64,000 nucleotides of DNA from Synechococcus sp. (lineage in GTDB: Bacteria > Cyanobacteriota > Cyanobacteriia > PCC-6307 > Cyanobiaceae): the NCBI GenBank assembly GCA_047285805.1, contig JBJBCN010000003.1, forward strand, positions 736,001 through 800,000. The letters run 5' to 3'. The notes below the pieces were generated by a model. That model was given only the letters and a program-made list of their open reading frames with translations. It did no database searches and was not told where the DNA came from. Of this stretch, positions 44,485 to 55,075 are shown in pieces (position 1 is the first letter of the stretch; every line of letters starts with the position of its first letter). The translations under genes were made by a program, and so were the position numbers.

Positions 44485-45134
44485 GCGCGTCGTCCCTGTT
44501 GCTGGCCCTGCACAGCTCGAGTGAAAGCCTCGGGGTGGGCCTCTGTGATCTGCGGGCGCGCGAGGCCACTCCCCAGTGCGCCAGCTTCCCCCTGGGCCGT
44601 CAGCTCTCCAACGACCTGCTGCCCTGCGTCGAGCAGCTGCTGCCCGCGGAGCGCTGGCCGCAGCTGGCGCGGATCAGCGTGGCGACCGGGCCCGGTGGCT
44701 TCACCGGAACCCGCCTTACCGTGGTTCTGGCACGCACCTTGGCCCAGCAGCTCCAGATCCCCTTGCATGGCTTCGGCAGCTTCTTGCTGATGGCCCGTCG
44801 CCTCGCGGAGGCGGGGGTTCTCACGGGGGATCAGCCCCGGTTCTGGCTGCACCAAACCCTGCCCCGCCGCGGGACGGTGGCGGGGGCCTACTGCCTGGAT
44901 GCCGCCGCCTTGGGCGGGATTCGGGAGACCGACGAGCCGCGGTTGTTCCGTCCTGAGGAGGAGTGGCCTGGCTCAGCCGGCAGCGGCGAGCCTGGAGCGC
45001 CCGCCGAGGTGGACGCCGAGCAGGATGTGCTGCAGCTGCTGGCCCTGGGTCACTTGGCCCATGCAGCGGCGTTGCCGGGGCCCTGGGAGACGGTTCTGCC
45101 GCTCTATCCCACCAGCCCGGTGGATGGGGCATGA
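44481..45134 (+). CDS. tsaB: tRNA threonylcarbamoyladenosine biosynthesis protein TsaB
   Basis: VATGPGGFTGTR, LAQQL, C-terminal PLY. Confidence 0.9.
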   Translation: MSASSLLLALHSSSESLGVGLCDLRAREATPQCASFPLGRQLSNDLLPCVEQLLPAERWPQLARISVATGPGGFTGTRLTVVLARTLAQQLQIPLHGFGSFLLMARRLAEAGVLTGDQPRFWLHQTLPRRGTVAGAYCLDAAALGGIRETDEPRLFRPEEEWPGSAGSGEPGAPAEVDAEQDVLQLLALGHLAHAAALPGPWETVLPLYPTSPVDGA

Positions 45135-45772
45135 CCCAATCCCAACGCCCAACTGAGTCGCGGCCCCGCGGCAAGCGCCGGCGCCCGCGACGCCGCGGCA
45201 GAGCCCGGCGCGTGCTCCTTCTGGCGGGGTTGGTCGCGCTGGCGTGGTGCAGCCGGACTTTTTGGTTCCCGTCCCTGCCGCCACCGCAGTTGGTACTGGT
45301 GCTCGGTGGCGATGTGGAGCGGGAGCGGGTTGGGGCGGAGGTCGCCCAGCGCGATGGACTGCCCTTGATCGTCAGCGGTGGAAGCAATCCGGAGTATGCC
45401 CATTGGTTGTTCCGCGGCCGGGGCCTCGACGACAGCCAGGTGCTGCTCGATTACCGCGCCACGGACACCCTGAGCAACTTCACCTCGGTTGTGGATGATC
45501 TCAAGCGCGCCAAGATCCGCCACGTGCTGCTGGTCACCAGCAGCGATCACATGGACCGGGCTCTGATGGTCGGCCGGGTCGTTGCCGGGAGCCGCGGGAT
45601 TGGTTTGACGCCCCTGGCGGTGCCCTGCGGCAACCGCTGTTTCCCTGAGGACTGGCGCAAGATTTGGGGAGATGGACTGCGGTCTGCTCTCTGGGTGGTG
45701 AGCGGCAGGGACCTCAGGGACTGGGCGGCAGAGCGTTTTGGTCCCCTGCTGGAGGAAGTACGGGGCCGCTGA
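45131..45772 (+). CDS. YdcF/DUF218 family protein
   Basis: VLGG, VSGG, DTLSNF, LVTSSDHMDRA. Confidence 0.85.
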   Translation: MTQSQRPTESRPRGKRRRPRRRGRARRVLLLAGLVALAWCSRTFWFPSLPPPQLVLVLGGDVERERVGAEVAQRDGLPLIVSGGSNPEYAHWLFRGRGLDDSQVLLDYRATDTLSNFTSVVDDLKRAKIRHVLLVTSSDHMDRALMVGRVVAGSRGIGLTPLAVPCGNRCFPEDWRKIWGDGLRSALWVVSGRDLRDWAAERFGPLLEEVRGR

Positions 45773-46466
45773 TCAAGCCCTGATCGAGTAGGGCGTTGAT
45801 CTGCGCCTGGCAGGCCGAGGTTGCTTGATCGAGATCCACCCGTTTGCGTGAGGCCGGGGGCGGGATCGGTGTGCCAATGCGGATGTGGACCGGCAGGACT
45901 CGAGCGCTGCGGGATCCGGTGCCCAGAGCGCGGTGACTGTTGATGATTGCCACGGGCAGCAGTGGCACGCCTGCGCGGGCGGCGAGCAGGGCTGCACCAG
46001 CCTGGGGATTGTTCACGCGACCATCCACTTGGCGGGTGCCATCGATGAAGACCCCGGTGGCCCAGCCCTGCTCCAGGCGATCCGTGGCGACTCGGATGGC
46101 TTCGCGGTCACTGGCGCCGCGGGAGACCGGGTAGGCGCCGCAGGCGCGGATGATTGGACCGAGCAGCGGGATGTTGAACAGTTCCGCCTTGGCCATGAAG
46201 GCCACGGGGCGCCCCAGGGCGTGGCCCAGGAGCGGTGGATCGAGGTGGGAGCCATGGTTCGCCACCACCACCAGGGCCCCCTCCATGGGCACATTGCCGT
46301 TGCCAGCGGTGCGGCCCCGGAAGAGCAGCCGGTAGATCGGGAAGACGAGTAAGTAGCTCACCAGGCGGTAGGTGAGGCTCGGCCGCGGAGTGCGGATGAG
46401 GGCCGGCGGTTCGGCGGGTTTGCGGCGCTGCAGGACCCGTTTGACCGCTTTGACGGGACGGTTCAC
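45714..46466 (-). CDS. plsC: 1-acyl-sn-glycerol-3-phosphate acyltransferase
   Basis: NHGSHLD, AKAEL, FIDGTR. Confidence 0.92.
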   Translation of the reverse strand: MNRPVKAVKRVLQRRKPAEPPALIRTPRPSLTYRLVSYLLVFPIYRLLFRGRTAGNGNVPMEGALVVVANHGSHLDPPLLGHALGRPVAFMAKAELFNIPLLGPIIRACGAYPVSRGASDREAIRVATDRLEQGWATGVFIDGTRQVDGRVNNPQAGAALLAARAGVPLLPVAIINSHRALGTGSRSARVLPVHIRIGTPIPPPASRKRVDLDQATSACQAQINALLDQGLISGPVLPPAGDQNALPPSP

Positions 46467-47353
46467 AGCCCCAGATCGGCTGCGGTGGCAACCTGCGCGT
46501 TGCTAACGCCTTCGGTGCTGCGCTTGATCAGGCCACTGAGGACGTTGCCCGGGCCGATTTCCACGGCGGTGCTGATGCCCGCGGCCGTCATCGCTTCCAT
46601 GGTTTCGCGCCAGCGCACACCGGTAGTCATCTGGCTGCGCAGGCGTTCTTTGAGGGCCGCGCCGCTGGTCTCCGGGGTGGGGTCGGTGTTGCTCAGCACC
46701 GGAATGGCGGCGTCGACAAAGCTCACGCCCTCCAGGGTGCTGGCGAAGGCGGCGGCGGCTTCGGCCATGAAGGGGGAGTGGAAGGCCCCGCTCACCGCCA
46801 GTGGGATGGCCCGCTTGCACTTGAGCTGGCTGCTCACACTGCCGACGGCGTCCGGGCTGCCGGAGAGGACCACCTGGGCACTGCTGTTGTCATTAGCGAT
46901 CACCACGCCGTCGGTGGCGTTCACCAGCGCTTCGAGTTCTCCGCGGTCAAAGCCCATGACGGCGGTCATCGCGCCGCCCCCGGCGACGGCCATCAGTTCG
47001 CTGCGGGTCTTCATCAGCTGGATGCCTGTCTCGGCATCGAACACCCCGGCGGCGTAGAGGGCCACCAGTTCCCCGAGGCTGTGGCCCGCCACCAGGATGG
47101 CGCTCCGGCCTTGGGCCTTCAGGCCATCCACCAACAGGCTTTCGACCACAAACAGGGCCGGCTGGGTGTTGCGGGTGTCGTTCAGGTCGCTGAGGTCACC
47201 CTCGGCCTCGCCATTGCAGATTGCGAGCAGGTCGCGCCCCAGCAGGTTGGATGCGGCTTCAAAGCGTGCCTTGGCCCCAGGGAGCTCCAGCACCCCTGCG
47301 GCCATGCCCACCTTCTGAGAGCCCTGTCCAGGGAAAACCCAGGCGTTACCCAT
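46463..47353 (-). CDS. fabD: Malonyl-CoA:ACP transacylase
   Basis: FPGQGSQ, TQPAL, GHSLGE, SGAFHS. Confidence 0.97.
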   Translation of the reverse strand: MGNAWVFPGQGSQKVGMAAGVLELPGAKARFEAASNLLGRDLLAICNGEAEGDLSDLNDTRNTQPALFVVESLLVDGLKAQGRSAILVAGHSLGELVALYAAGVFDAETGIQLMKTRSELMAVAGGGAMTAVMGFDRGELEALVNATDGVVIANDNSSAQVVLSGSPDAVGSVSSQLKCKRAIPLAVSGAFHSPFMAEAAAAFASTLEGVSFVDAAIPVLSNTDPTPETSGAALKERLRSQMTTGVRWRETMEAMTAAGISTAVEIGPGNVLSGLIKRSTEGVSNAQVATAADLGL

Positions 47354-47381
47354 GGCCGCGCGTTGAAGTGACGGGGGGAGC

Positions 47382-48440
47382 CTACGCGGGGCCCTTCCAG
47401 CGCAACAGAGCTCCGCCCCAGCTCAATCCGGCGCCAAAGCCGCTGCTGGCGATCAGGTCTCCGGGTTGAACACGGCCGTCTTTGACCGCCTCATCCAGCA
47501 TCAAGGGAATCGTGGCCGCTGAGGTGTTGCCGTAGTTGCTGAGATTGCTAAGGACTCGCTCGTGGGGAATCTTGAAGCGATCGGCCACAGCATCAAGGAT
47601 GCGTTGGTTGGCCTGGTGCAGGAGCAGCCAATTCAGTTGTTCGGCGTCCGTCCCGGTGGCTTCCAGCAGCTCCTTGAGGATGGCGGGAACTTCGCGCACG
47701 GCGAACTTGTAGACCTCTTGTCCATTCATGCGCAGGGGCTCAAAGCCCCCCTGCTGGGCGCTGACGTCCTCTAGTACCGGATGGTGGTTCTCGGTTTGGG
47801 CGAGGGTCAAGCAGCCATTGCGGCTTCCATCAGAGCGCATGCGGAAGCCCAACAGGCCGTCCTCTTCGGCAGGACAGGCTTCGACTGCCACAGCGGCTGC
47901 GGCATCACCAAAGAGCACGCAGGTGGTGCGATCGTCCCAATCCACCCAGCGGCTGAGTTGATCGGCACCGATGACGAGAGCCCGGCGCATGGCGCCGCTC
48001 CGTAGGTACTGCCCAGCGGTGATCAGGGCGAAGAGGAAACCGCTGCAGGCGGCGGTCAGGTCAAAGGCGACCGCATGTTTGGCCCCAAGGGCCCCTTGCA
48101 CCCTGGGGGCGGTGCCGAAGAGGTCGTCGGGGCTCGAGGTGGCCATCAGGATCAAGTCCAGATCCTCGGGCTGCCATCCCGCGTGCTCCAGGGCGGCTTC
48201 GGCCGCTCGGGTCGCGATCACGGTCAGGGGTTCGTCGGCGTTGCAGATCCGCCGGGCGCCAATGCCGGTGCGGGTACGAATCCATTCGTCGCTCGTGTCG
48301 ACTCGGGTACTGAGCTGCTCATTGCTTACCCGGTTGACCGGCACCGCACTGCCACACCCCACCAGGGCCATGCCCAAGGGGGTCCCGGCTTTGGCAGCGC
48401 TGGTCATGTGGCCTGGCCCGAGACGGTGGGGCTCAGTCAA
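47382..48440 (-). CDS. fabH: Beta-ketoacyl-ACP synthase III
   Basis: AACSGF, HQAN, GNTSAA, FGAGLSW. Confidence 0.97.
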   Translation of the reverse strand: MTEPHRLGPGHMTSAAKAGTPLGMALVGCGSAVPVNRVSNEQLSTRVDTSDEWIRTRTGIGARRICNADEPLTVIATRAAEAALEHAGWQPEDLDLILMATSSPDDLFGTAPRVQGALGAKHAVAFDLTAACSGFLFALITAGQYLRSGAMRRALVIGADQLSRWVDWDDRTTCVLFGDAAAAVAVEACPAEEDGLLGFRMRSDGSRNGCLTLAQTENHHPVLEDVSAQQGGFEPLRMNGQEVYKFAVREVPAILKELLEATGTDAEQLNWLLLHQANQRILDAVADRFKIPHERVLSNLSNYGNTSAATIPLMLDEAVKDGRVQPGDLIASSGFGAGLSWGGALLRWKGPA

Positions 48441-49798
48441 CCACAGGCGATGGTCTCGTTTTCGGCTTCGCTCAGGCGGTGCAGGTCCTCCATTACGCCG
48501 TGGTTCGCAGCGGAATGGGCGATGCGCAAAGCGCTAACCACAGACAGGGCTTTGCTGCTGCCGTGGCCGATGACGCAGACCCCATTGACCCCCAGGAGCA
48601 GGGCGCCGCCATGTTCGGCGTGGTCCAGGCGCTTCTTGATCCGCCGCAGGTTGCTCATCAAGAAGGCGGAGCCGACCTTGCCGCGGCGACCGCGGGGGAG
48701 TTCGGCTTTGAGGACATCCAGCAGGACACTGCCGACGCTCTCGAGGAACTTCAGCAGCACGTTGCCGGTGAAGCCATCGCAGACCACCACATCGAAGTCG
48801 CCGGAGAGGACATCGCGTCCCTCGCAGTTGCCCGCAAAACGGAAGCGGGTCTCAGCGGCCATCAGCGGATAGGTCTTGAGGGCTTGATCGTTTCCTTTGC
48901 ACTCCTCCTCGCCGATGTTCAGGAGTCCAATGCGGGGCTCTCGGACCTGCAGGACATCGCGGCTGTAGATGTTCCCCAGCAGCGCCCACTGGTGCAGATA
49001 GCTGGGTTTGGCGTCCATGTTGGCGCCGACATCCAGCACAAGGACTTGCTGCGCGGGATCTTTGGTGGGGAATAGGGCGCCAATGGCAGGGCGATCAATG
49101 CCTTTGAGGCGGCCCAAGCGGAAGATCGCTGAGGCCATCACGGCTCCGGAGTTGCCGGCGGAGTAGATGGCAGTGGCCTCCCCGGCCTTCACCAGATTCA
49201 TGGCCATGTTGATGCTGGCGTCGCGCTTCTTGCGCACCACCGTGGCTTCCTCGTTCATTCCCACCGAGGGGCCGCTGGGCACGAGTTCAATCAGCCCCTG
49301 TTGTTGCGTCTCGCGGAGTTCTTCGCTCAGCTCGAGTTCAGCAACGGCCGCGTCCACGGCGGCGGTTTCGGCCACGAACTTCACCCGCACCGGCAGCAGG
49401 CGTACGGCCCGCAGGCAGCCTTCAAGGATCGGACCTGGGGCGTAGTCACCGCCCATGCCATCGACCGCCACCCAGAGCCGATCGGCATCGTTAATAGCCT
49501 CACCATCGAGACCGCCCACCCCTTGCTGGAGACGGCGCAGGGGGTCAAACACCAAGGGCTGAAGCACCGTGTTGGCCGCGGCACCCGCTGCTCCAGCGGC
49601 AGTTCCAGCCGTGCTAACGACGGAACCGGCCATCGAGCCTGCGGCGCTCCCAGCGGCTGAAGCCGAATCAACCAGCGTGGTGACGGCCGCGTTGCGCCGA
49701 TACCAAATCACCAAGCGCCGAATTGCCTTCGGGCGGCTTCGGCGGCTCGATGCGCCGGGGCCAGTCGCATCAGTTGGATTCTGGGGCAACGGCTTCAA
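48437..49798 (-). CDS. plsX: Phosphate acyltransferase PlsX with long N-terminal extension
   Basis: VDGMGGDYAP, SAGNSGA, DVGAN, NIGEEECKG, DGFTGN, HGSS. Confidence 0.95.
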   Translation of the reverse strand: MKPLPQNPTDATGPGASSRRSRPKAIRRLVIWYRRNAAVTTLVDSASAAGSAAGSMAGSVVSTAGTAAGAAGAAANTVLQPLVFDPLRRLQQGVGGLDGEAINDADRLWVAVDGMGGDYAPGPILEGCLRAVRLLPVRVKFVAETAAVDAAVAELELSEELRETQQQGLIELVPSGPSVGMNEEATVVRKKRDASINMAMNLVKAGEATAIYSAGNSGAVMASAIFRLGRLKGIDRPAIGALFPTKDPAQQVLVLDVGANMDAKPSYLHQWALLGNIYSRDVLQVREPRIGLLNIGEEECKGNDQALKTYPLMAAETRFRFAGNCEGRDVLSGDFDVVVCDGFTGNVLLKFLESVGSVLLDVLKAELPRGRRGKVGSAFLMSNLRRIKKRLDHAEHGGALLLGVNGVCVIGHGSSKALSVVSALRIAHSAANHGVMEDLHRLSEAENETIACG

Positions 49799-50519
49799 CG
49801 ATGCGTTGGAACAGATAACCGGTGCCGCGAGCCGTGAGGATCAGCTCGGGATTCGCCGGATCGTCTTCCAGTTTGGAGCGCAGCCGGGAGATATGAACAT
49901 CCACCACCCTGGTATCCACATGGCGCTCGGGGGTGTAGCCCCAGACCTCCTTGAGGATTTCACCGCGGCTGAAGGGTTCCCCGCTGCGGCCCACCAGGAG
50001 CTCAAGCAGGCTGAATTCCATGCCGGTCAGGCGAATCCGCTCATCACCGCGGAAGACCTGCCGTTTGTTGGTGTCGATCCGGATGTCGTTGATCTGGATC
50101 AGGCCTGAGTTCGGGATTCCGGCGGCTCCTTCTTTGCCAATGCGGCGCAGAACGCAACGGATGCGGGCCTCGAGTTCCTTCGGGCTGAAGGGCTTGACCA
50201 CGTAGTCGTCTGCCCCCAGCTCGAGCCCCGTAATCCGGTCGGCCACATCGCCGAGGGCAGTGAGCATCACGATGGGCACGTCGGACTCCTTGCGGAGTTC
50301 CTGGCAAACGCCGTAGCCATCGAGCTTCGGCATCATCACATCGAGCACCACCAGATCGGGTGGGCTGTTCCGAAACGCCTCGAGGGCTTCTAGGCCGTCG
50401 CAAGCAGTGATGACCGTGTAGCCAATCATCGAGAGCCGCGTTTCCAGGATGCGGCGGATGCTGGCCTCGTCGTCCACGACCAGAATTGTTTCCTTGGCTG
50501 GGGCTGGGGAGGCCGTCAT
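49770..50519 (-). CDS. rpaB: OmpR-family response regulator RpaB
   Basis: VDDEASIRRILETRLSMIGY, WGYTPERHVDTRVVDVH, TARGTGY. Confidence 0.96.
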   Translation of the reverse strand: MTASPAPAKETILVVDDEASIRRILETRLSMIGYTVITACDGLEALEAFRNSPPDLVVLDVMMPKLDGYGVCQELRKESDVPIVMLTALGDVADRITGLELGADDYVVKPFSPKELEARIRCVLRRIGKEGAAGIPNSGLIQINDIRIDTNKRQVFRGDERIRLTGMEFSLLELLVGRSGEPFSRGEILKEVWGYTPERHVDTRVVDVHISRLRSKLEDDPANPELILTARGTGYLFQRIVEAVAPESN

Positions 50520-50645
50520 TGCGCCAGTCTGGATGGCCGTTATTTAAGTGATTAGACCTACTGAAGAGGTCTTTCGGGGTTCACGTTCGACGAATCCCAC
50601 CTTCTGTCATACACCTTCTTCATCCCCCACGCCGCCCCAAGCGCT

Positions 50646-52088
50646 TTGGCTCGCACCACCAGCACCTACGTCTGCCAGAGCTGCGGAGCCCAAACTCGGC
50701 AGTTTTTTGGGCGCTGCTCGAGCTGCGGCAGTTGGAACAGCCTGGTGGAGCAATCCACCCCCGCCAGCGACAACCGTCGCCGCCGTCCTGTGGCGGTGGC
50801 TGACGCCGAAAGCGAGATTCCCGCTGCCCCGCGCCGCTCAGAGCCGATCGCAGCCGTGGGTGACCGCCCGCTGCAGCGCCTGGGCAGTGGTTACGGTGAA
50901 TTTGACCGCGTGCTGGGCGGTGGTCTGGTGCCGGGTTCGTTGGTGCTGCTTGGGGGGGATCCCGGCATCGGCAAGAGCACCTTGCTGCTGCAAAGCGCCC
51001 AGGCCATGGCGGCTCGTCATTCTGTTTTGTATGTCAGTGCGGAGGAATCGGCCCAGCAGGTGAAGCTGCGCTGGCTCCGGCTGGCGGAGGCGCAAGGCGA
51101 GGTTCCCCTGCCCCAAGAGGGCTCCTCGGGGCTCCAGCTCCTGGCGGAAACCGATTTGGAATTGGTGCTGCAGGAACTGGAGGCCCTGAGGCCCGCCGTC
51201 GCCGTGATCGACAGCATCCAGGCGCTGCATGACGGGGAATTGGGCAGTGCGCCGGGCTCAGTGGCCCAAGTGCGGGAATGTGCCGCTGCGTTGGCTCGGA
51301 TCGCCAAGCGCCAGAACACGGCGCTCCTCCTGGTGGGCCATGTCACCAAGGAAGGGATGTTGGCCGGGCCGAAGGTGCTCGAGCACCTGGTGGATGCGGT
51401 CCTGACCTTTGAGGGGGATCGCTTTGCAAGTCATCGCCTGCTCCGGGCGGTCAAGAACCGCTTTGGAGCGACCCATGAATTGGGGGTCTTTGAAATGCGG
51501 GGCCAGGGCTTGGCCCAGGTGCTCAACCCCAGCGAGCTGTTCTTGGGCAGCGACGAACCCAGCGCAGGAACCGCCACGATCGTCGCCTGCGAAGGTACCC
51601 GCCCACTGGTGGTCGAGCTCCAATCCCTGGTCAGCACCACGAGCTACGCCAGCCCCCGGCGCACCGCGACCGGCATCGGTACCAACCGCCTACATCAGAT
51701 CCTGGCGGTGCTCGAGAAACACCTCGGCCTTCCCCTGTCCCGTTTCGATTGCTACTTGGCGGTGGCGGGCGGACTAGACGTGGAGGAACCCGCTGCGGAC
51801 TTAGGCGTCGCGGCCGCCGTTGTGGCGAGCTATCGCGACCTGACCCTGCCGCCGGGAACGGTCCTGGTGGGTGAGCTTGGTCTGGGAGGCCAGTTGCGGC
51901 CCGTCGGCCAGTTGGAGCAGCGCCTGCAGGAGGCGGCGCGCTTGGGCTTCAATCGGGCCGTGGTCCCCAAGGGCTCTGGCTTGGGACGGCTGGCGTCGGG
52001 TCTGGACCTGCAGCTCCACGAGGCGGGAAGTGTTGCCGAAGCCCTTGTCGCCGCCCTGGGGGTGAACCCCGCCGATGACCGGGCCTAG
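50646..52088 (+). CDS. radA: DNA repair protein RadA/Sms
   Basis: C4 zinc finger, GDPGIGKST, KNRFG. Confidence 0.97.
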   Translation: MARTTSTYVCQSCGAQTRQFFGRCSSCGSWNSLVEQSTPASDNRRRRPVAVADAESEIPAAPRRSEPIAAVGDRPLQRLGSGYGEFDRVLGGGLVPGSLVLLGGDPGIGKSTLLLQSAQAMAARHSVLYVSAEESAQQVKLRWLRLAEAQGEVPLPQEGSSGLQLLAETDLELVLQELEALRPAVAVIDSIQALHDGELGSAPGSVAQVRECAAALARIAKRQNTALLLVGHVTKEGMLAGPKVLEHLVDAVLTFEGDRFASHRLLRAVKNRFGATHELGVFEMRGQGLAQVLNPSELFLGSDEPSAGTATIVACEGTRPLVVELQSLVSTTSYASPRRTATGIGTNRLHQILAVLEKHLGLPLSRFDCYLAVAGGLDVEEPAADLGVAAAVVASYRDLTLPPGTVLVGELGLGGQLRPVGQLEQRLQEAARLGFNRAVVPKGSGLGRLASGLDLQLHEAGSVAEALVAALGVNPADDRA

Positions 52089-52100
52089 TCGAACGTCAAC

Positions 52101-52622
52101 TCAGAAGTAGACGTCGACGCTGCCGCGACCGCTGGTCTTGAGCCAGTTCTGGGCTTCGATGTAGTTGTTGGGCGCCAGGCGGATGGCCTTGCCCCAGAAG
52201 TCGGCCGCCAGATCAAAGCGGCGATCGGCCTCATCGGTTTCGCCCTGTTCTTCGGCGATGCAGCCCAGGTGGTGGTGAATCACCGCCATGTTGTTCAGCG
52301 CCTGGGGCATTTTGCTGTTGAGATTCAGGGCTTGTCCGTACTGCTCGAGAGCTTTTTCGTGCTCGCCGTTGCTGGCGTACACCAGGGCCATGTTGTAGAG
52401 GATGAACGCCTTGTCGTTGGGGTCCTCCTCAAGCTTCAGGGCTTCGGCGTAGTTGTCCAACGCTTCGGCATATTCCCCGTCGGCCTGGGCGCTCATGCCA
52501 TCGCGGTAATAGGCGAAGGCCTCCTTGGCTCGTTGGTTGGTCGGCAGCACCTTGAGGATCAGGTCCGCCATGACCGTGAAGCTCTTGTCGATGAAGTTGT
52601 CGTTGCGCTGGGAGCGGGGCAC
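52101..52622 (-). CDS. ycf3: Photosystem I assembly protein Ycf3
   Basis: [33 protein letters not shown]. Confidence 0.97.
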   Translation of the reverse strand: MPRSQRNDNFIDKSFTVMADLILKVLPTNQRAKEAFAYYRDGMSAQADGEYAEALDNYAEALKLEEDPNDKAFILYNMALVYASNGEHEKALEQYGQALNLNSKMPQALNNMAVIHHHLGCIAEEQGETDEADRRFDLAADFWGKAIRLAPNNYIEAQNWLKTSGRGSVDVYF

Positions 52623-52723
52623 GGCAGGCACGGGAGCTTCGTCGCCCCATCCTGACTTGTGCCCCGCGGTTCAGGGGAGAACCGTGAAAAGTCCCTAGCC
52701 TTGGGCTTCCCCTTCCTGCTTGC

Positions 52724-55075
52724 GTGCCGACCGACCCCGAGCCAGCCGCCCAGCCGGTCGCGCCGCTCTTGCTGGATGTGGAGGGCATGAAATGTGGTGG
52801 CTGTGTCCGCTCGGTTGAGCAGCGTCTGCTGGCCCAACCGGGGGTACGTCAGGCGAGCGTCAATTTGCTCAACCGGACCGCCTGGGTGGGTCTGGATCCC
52901 AAGGTCATGGCTTCGGAGCCGGCGCAGCCCTTGATCGAGGCCCTGGCCTCCATGGGCTACGCGGCCGCTGTGCGCAATCTGGACGGCGACGATCGGCCCC
53001 TGAGCCTGGAGGAGCGGCGGCAGCAACAGAGCTGGTGGCAGCGCTGGCGCCAATTGATTGTGGCGTTGCTTCTATTGCTTTTCTCGGTCTCCGGACATCT
53101 GGCGGAGGCTGGTCAGCTGCCCTTGGCCCCCTTGGCGGACATCCGCCTGCATGCCCTTGTGGCGACGGCAGCCCTTCTGCTGCCTGGGCGCCTGATCTTG
53201 GTTCAGGGCTGGCGTTCGGCATGGGCCGGTGCACCGGGCATGGACACCCTGGTGGGGCTGGGGATGGGAAGCGCCTACCTGGCCAGCTTGGTGGCCTTGC
53301 TTTGGCCGGCCGTGGGCTGGCAGTGCTTTTTTAACGAGCCGGTGATGCTGCTGGGCTTCGTGTTGATGGGCCGCTTTCTTGAAGAGAGGGCGCGGTTCCG
53401 CACCGGACGGGCCCTCCACGAGTTGGCCCGCTTGCAACCCGACGAGGCGCTCCTCGTGCTGGGCGATGGAGTTGAGCCGGTTCGCGTTGGTGCCTTGCGG
53501 CCCGGGGATAGGTTGCGCCTGCTGCCTGGGGATCGGGTCCCCGTGGACAGCCGCGTGCTGGAAGGCCAGTCGACATTGGATGTCTCCAGCCTCACTGGTG
53601 AGCCGCTGCCATTGTTGGCGGGTGTCGGCCAAGAGCTCGCCGCGGGTGGGTTAAATCTGCAGTCGAGCCTTGAGCTCGAGGTATTGCGCCCCGGCCGCGA
53701 GAGCGCGGTGGCTCGGATTATTTCCCTGGTGGAGGGTGCCCAGGCCCGGAAGGCGCCGATTCAGACCCTCACCGATCGAGTGGCGGGCCGCTTCAGCGTT
53801 GTGGTGATGCTGCTGGCCGCCGGCACCTTTCTTTTCTGGTGGTTGATCGGTGCCCAGCTCTGGCCCCACGTCCTCAGTACGGCGCCGTCGATGCATCAGC
53901 ACGGTGGCCATCGCAGCTTGGGCCTCGGCGCTGAAACCCCCTTCGTCTTGGGGTTGCAACTGAGTATCGCCGTGCTGGTGGTCGCCTGCCCCTGCGCCTT
54001 GGGATTGGCGACACCAACGGCAATCACCGTCGGTAGTGGCTTGGCGGCTCGTTCAGGGGTGCTCTTCCGCGGAGGCGATGTGATCGAGGCGGCCTCCCGG
54101 CTGCGCACCCTCTTTTTTGACAAGACCGGAACCCTGACGGTCGGCCGACCCACGGTGAGGGCGGTCGATCCAGTGGCCAGCGAAGCCGTGTTGATCCAGC
54201 TGGCGGCCAGCCTGGAGGCCCAGACCAGGCACCCCTTGGCCCATGCACTGCTGCAGCGTGCGGAGCAGTTGGAGATCCCCTTGTTGGACGTGCGTGAGCC
54301 CCGCACCCTGGTTGGCGATGGCGTCAGTGCCGAGGTGGAGGGCCATGGCCTGTGCCGGGTGGGGCGCCCTGCCTGGTTGCTCGAAGGCGGCGTCCCAATA
54401 GCCGAGGCGCAGCGGCGTTGGTGGAATGAACAGGAAGTCCAGGGTTCGACGGTGGTGGCCGTAGCCCTGAGCGATACCGCGTGCTCAAGCCAACTGAAGG
54501 GGCTGATCGCCCTCGATGATCAAGCGCGCGCCGATGCCCAAGGCGCTCTGGCCCAGTTGCGAGCGATGGGTTTGGCGTTGGGCCTGCTGAGTGGCGATCG
54601 TCAGTCACCGGTGCGGCACCTGGCGGCCCAGTTGGGCTTGCCGCCCGAGGAGTTGGCCTGGGAATTGCTCCCGCACCAGAAGTTGGAGCACATCGACCAG
54701 GCGCGACAGGGCTCCAGCCCCGTTGGCATGGTCGGGGATGGGATCAATGACGCGCCTGCCCTGGCCGCGGCTGATCTAGGCATTGCGGTGGGGACAGGAA
54801 CCCAGATCGCGATCGATACCGCCGACCTGGTGGTGCTGGGCGAGCGCCTCGAAGCGATCCCGATGGCATTGCGCCTCGCCCGCCGCACGATGGACAAGGT
54901 CCGCCAAAACCTGATCTGGGCCTTTGGGTACAACTTGGTCGTGTTGCCGATCGCCGCCGGGGTGCTCCTGCCAGGCTTTGGCGTCGTGCTGTCACCACCG
55001 CTGGCAGCCCTCTTGATGGCCATGAGCTCGATCACGGTTGTTGTGAACGCCTTGCTGCTGGGGCGCCATGACTAA
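52724..55075 (+). CDS. Copper-translocating P1B-type ATPase (CtaA-like)
   Basis: GMKCGGC metal-binding domain, TGE, CPC, DKTGT, HP, GDGINDAP, YN...MAMSS. Confidence 0.93.
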   Translation: MPTDPEPAAQPVAPLLLDVEGMKCGGCVRSVEQRLLAQPGVRQASVNLLNRTAWVGLDPKVMASEPAQPLIEALASMGYAAAVRNLDGDDRPLSLEERRQQQSWWQRWRQLIVALLLLLFSVSGHLAEAGQLPLAPLADIRLHALVATAALLLPGRLILVQGWRSAWAGAPGMDTLVGLGMGSAYLASLVALLWPAVGWQCFFNEPVMLLGFVLMGRFLEERARFRTGRALHELARLQPDEALLVLGDGVEPVRVGALRPGDRLRLLPGDRVPVDSRVLEGQSTLDVSSLTGEPLPLLAGVGQELAAGGLNLQSSLELEVLRPGRESAVARIISLVEGAQARKAPIQTLTDRVAGRFSVVVMLLAAGTFLFWWLIGAQLWPHVLSTAPSMHQHGGHRSLGLGAETPFVLGLQLSIAVLVVACPCALGLATPTAITVGSGLAARSGVLFRGGDVIEAASRLRTLFFDKTGTLTVGRPTVRAVDPVASEAVLIQLAASLEAQTRHPLAHALLQRAEQLEIPLLDVREPRTLVGDGVSAEVEGHGLCRVGRPAWLLEGGVPIAEAQRRWWNEQEVQGSTVVAVALSDTACSSQLKGLIALDDQARADAQGALAQLRAMGLALGLLSGDRQSPVRHLAAQLGLPPEELAWELLPHQKLEHIDQARQGSSPVGMVGDGINDAPALAAADLGIAVGTGTQIAIDTADLVVLGERLEAIPMALRLARRTMDKVRQNLIWAFGYNLVVLPIAAGVLLPGFGVVLSPPLAALLMAMSSITVVVNALLLGRHD

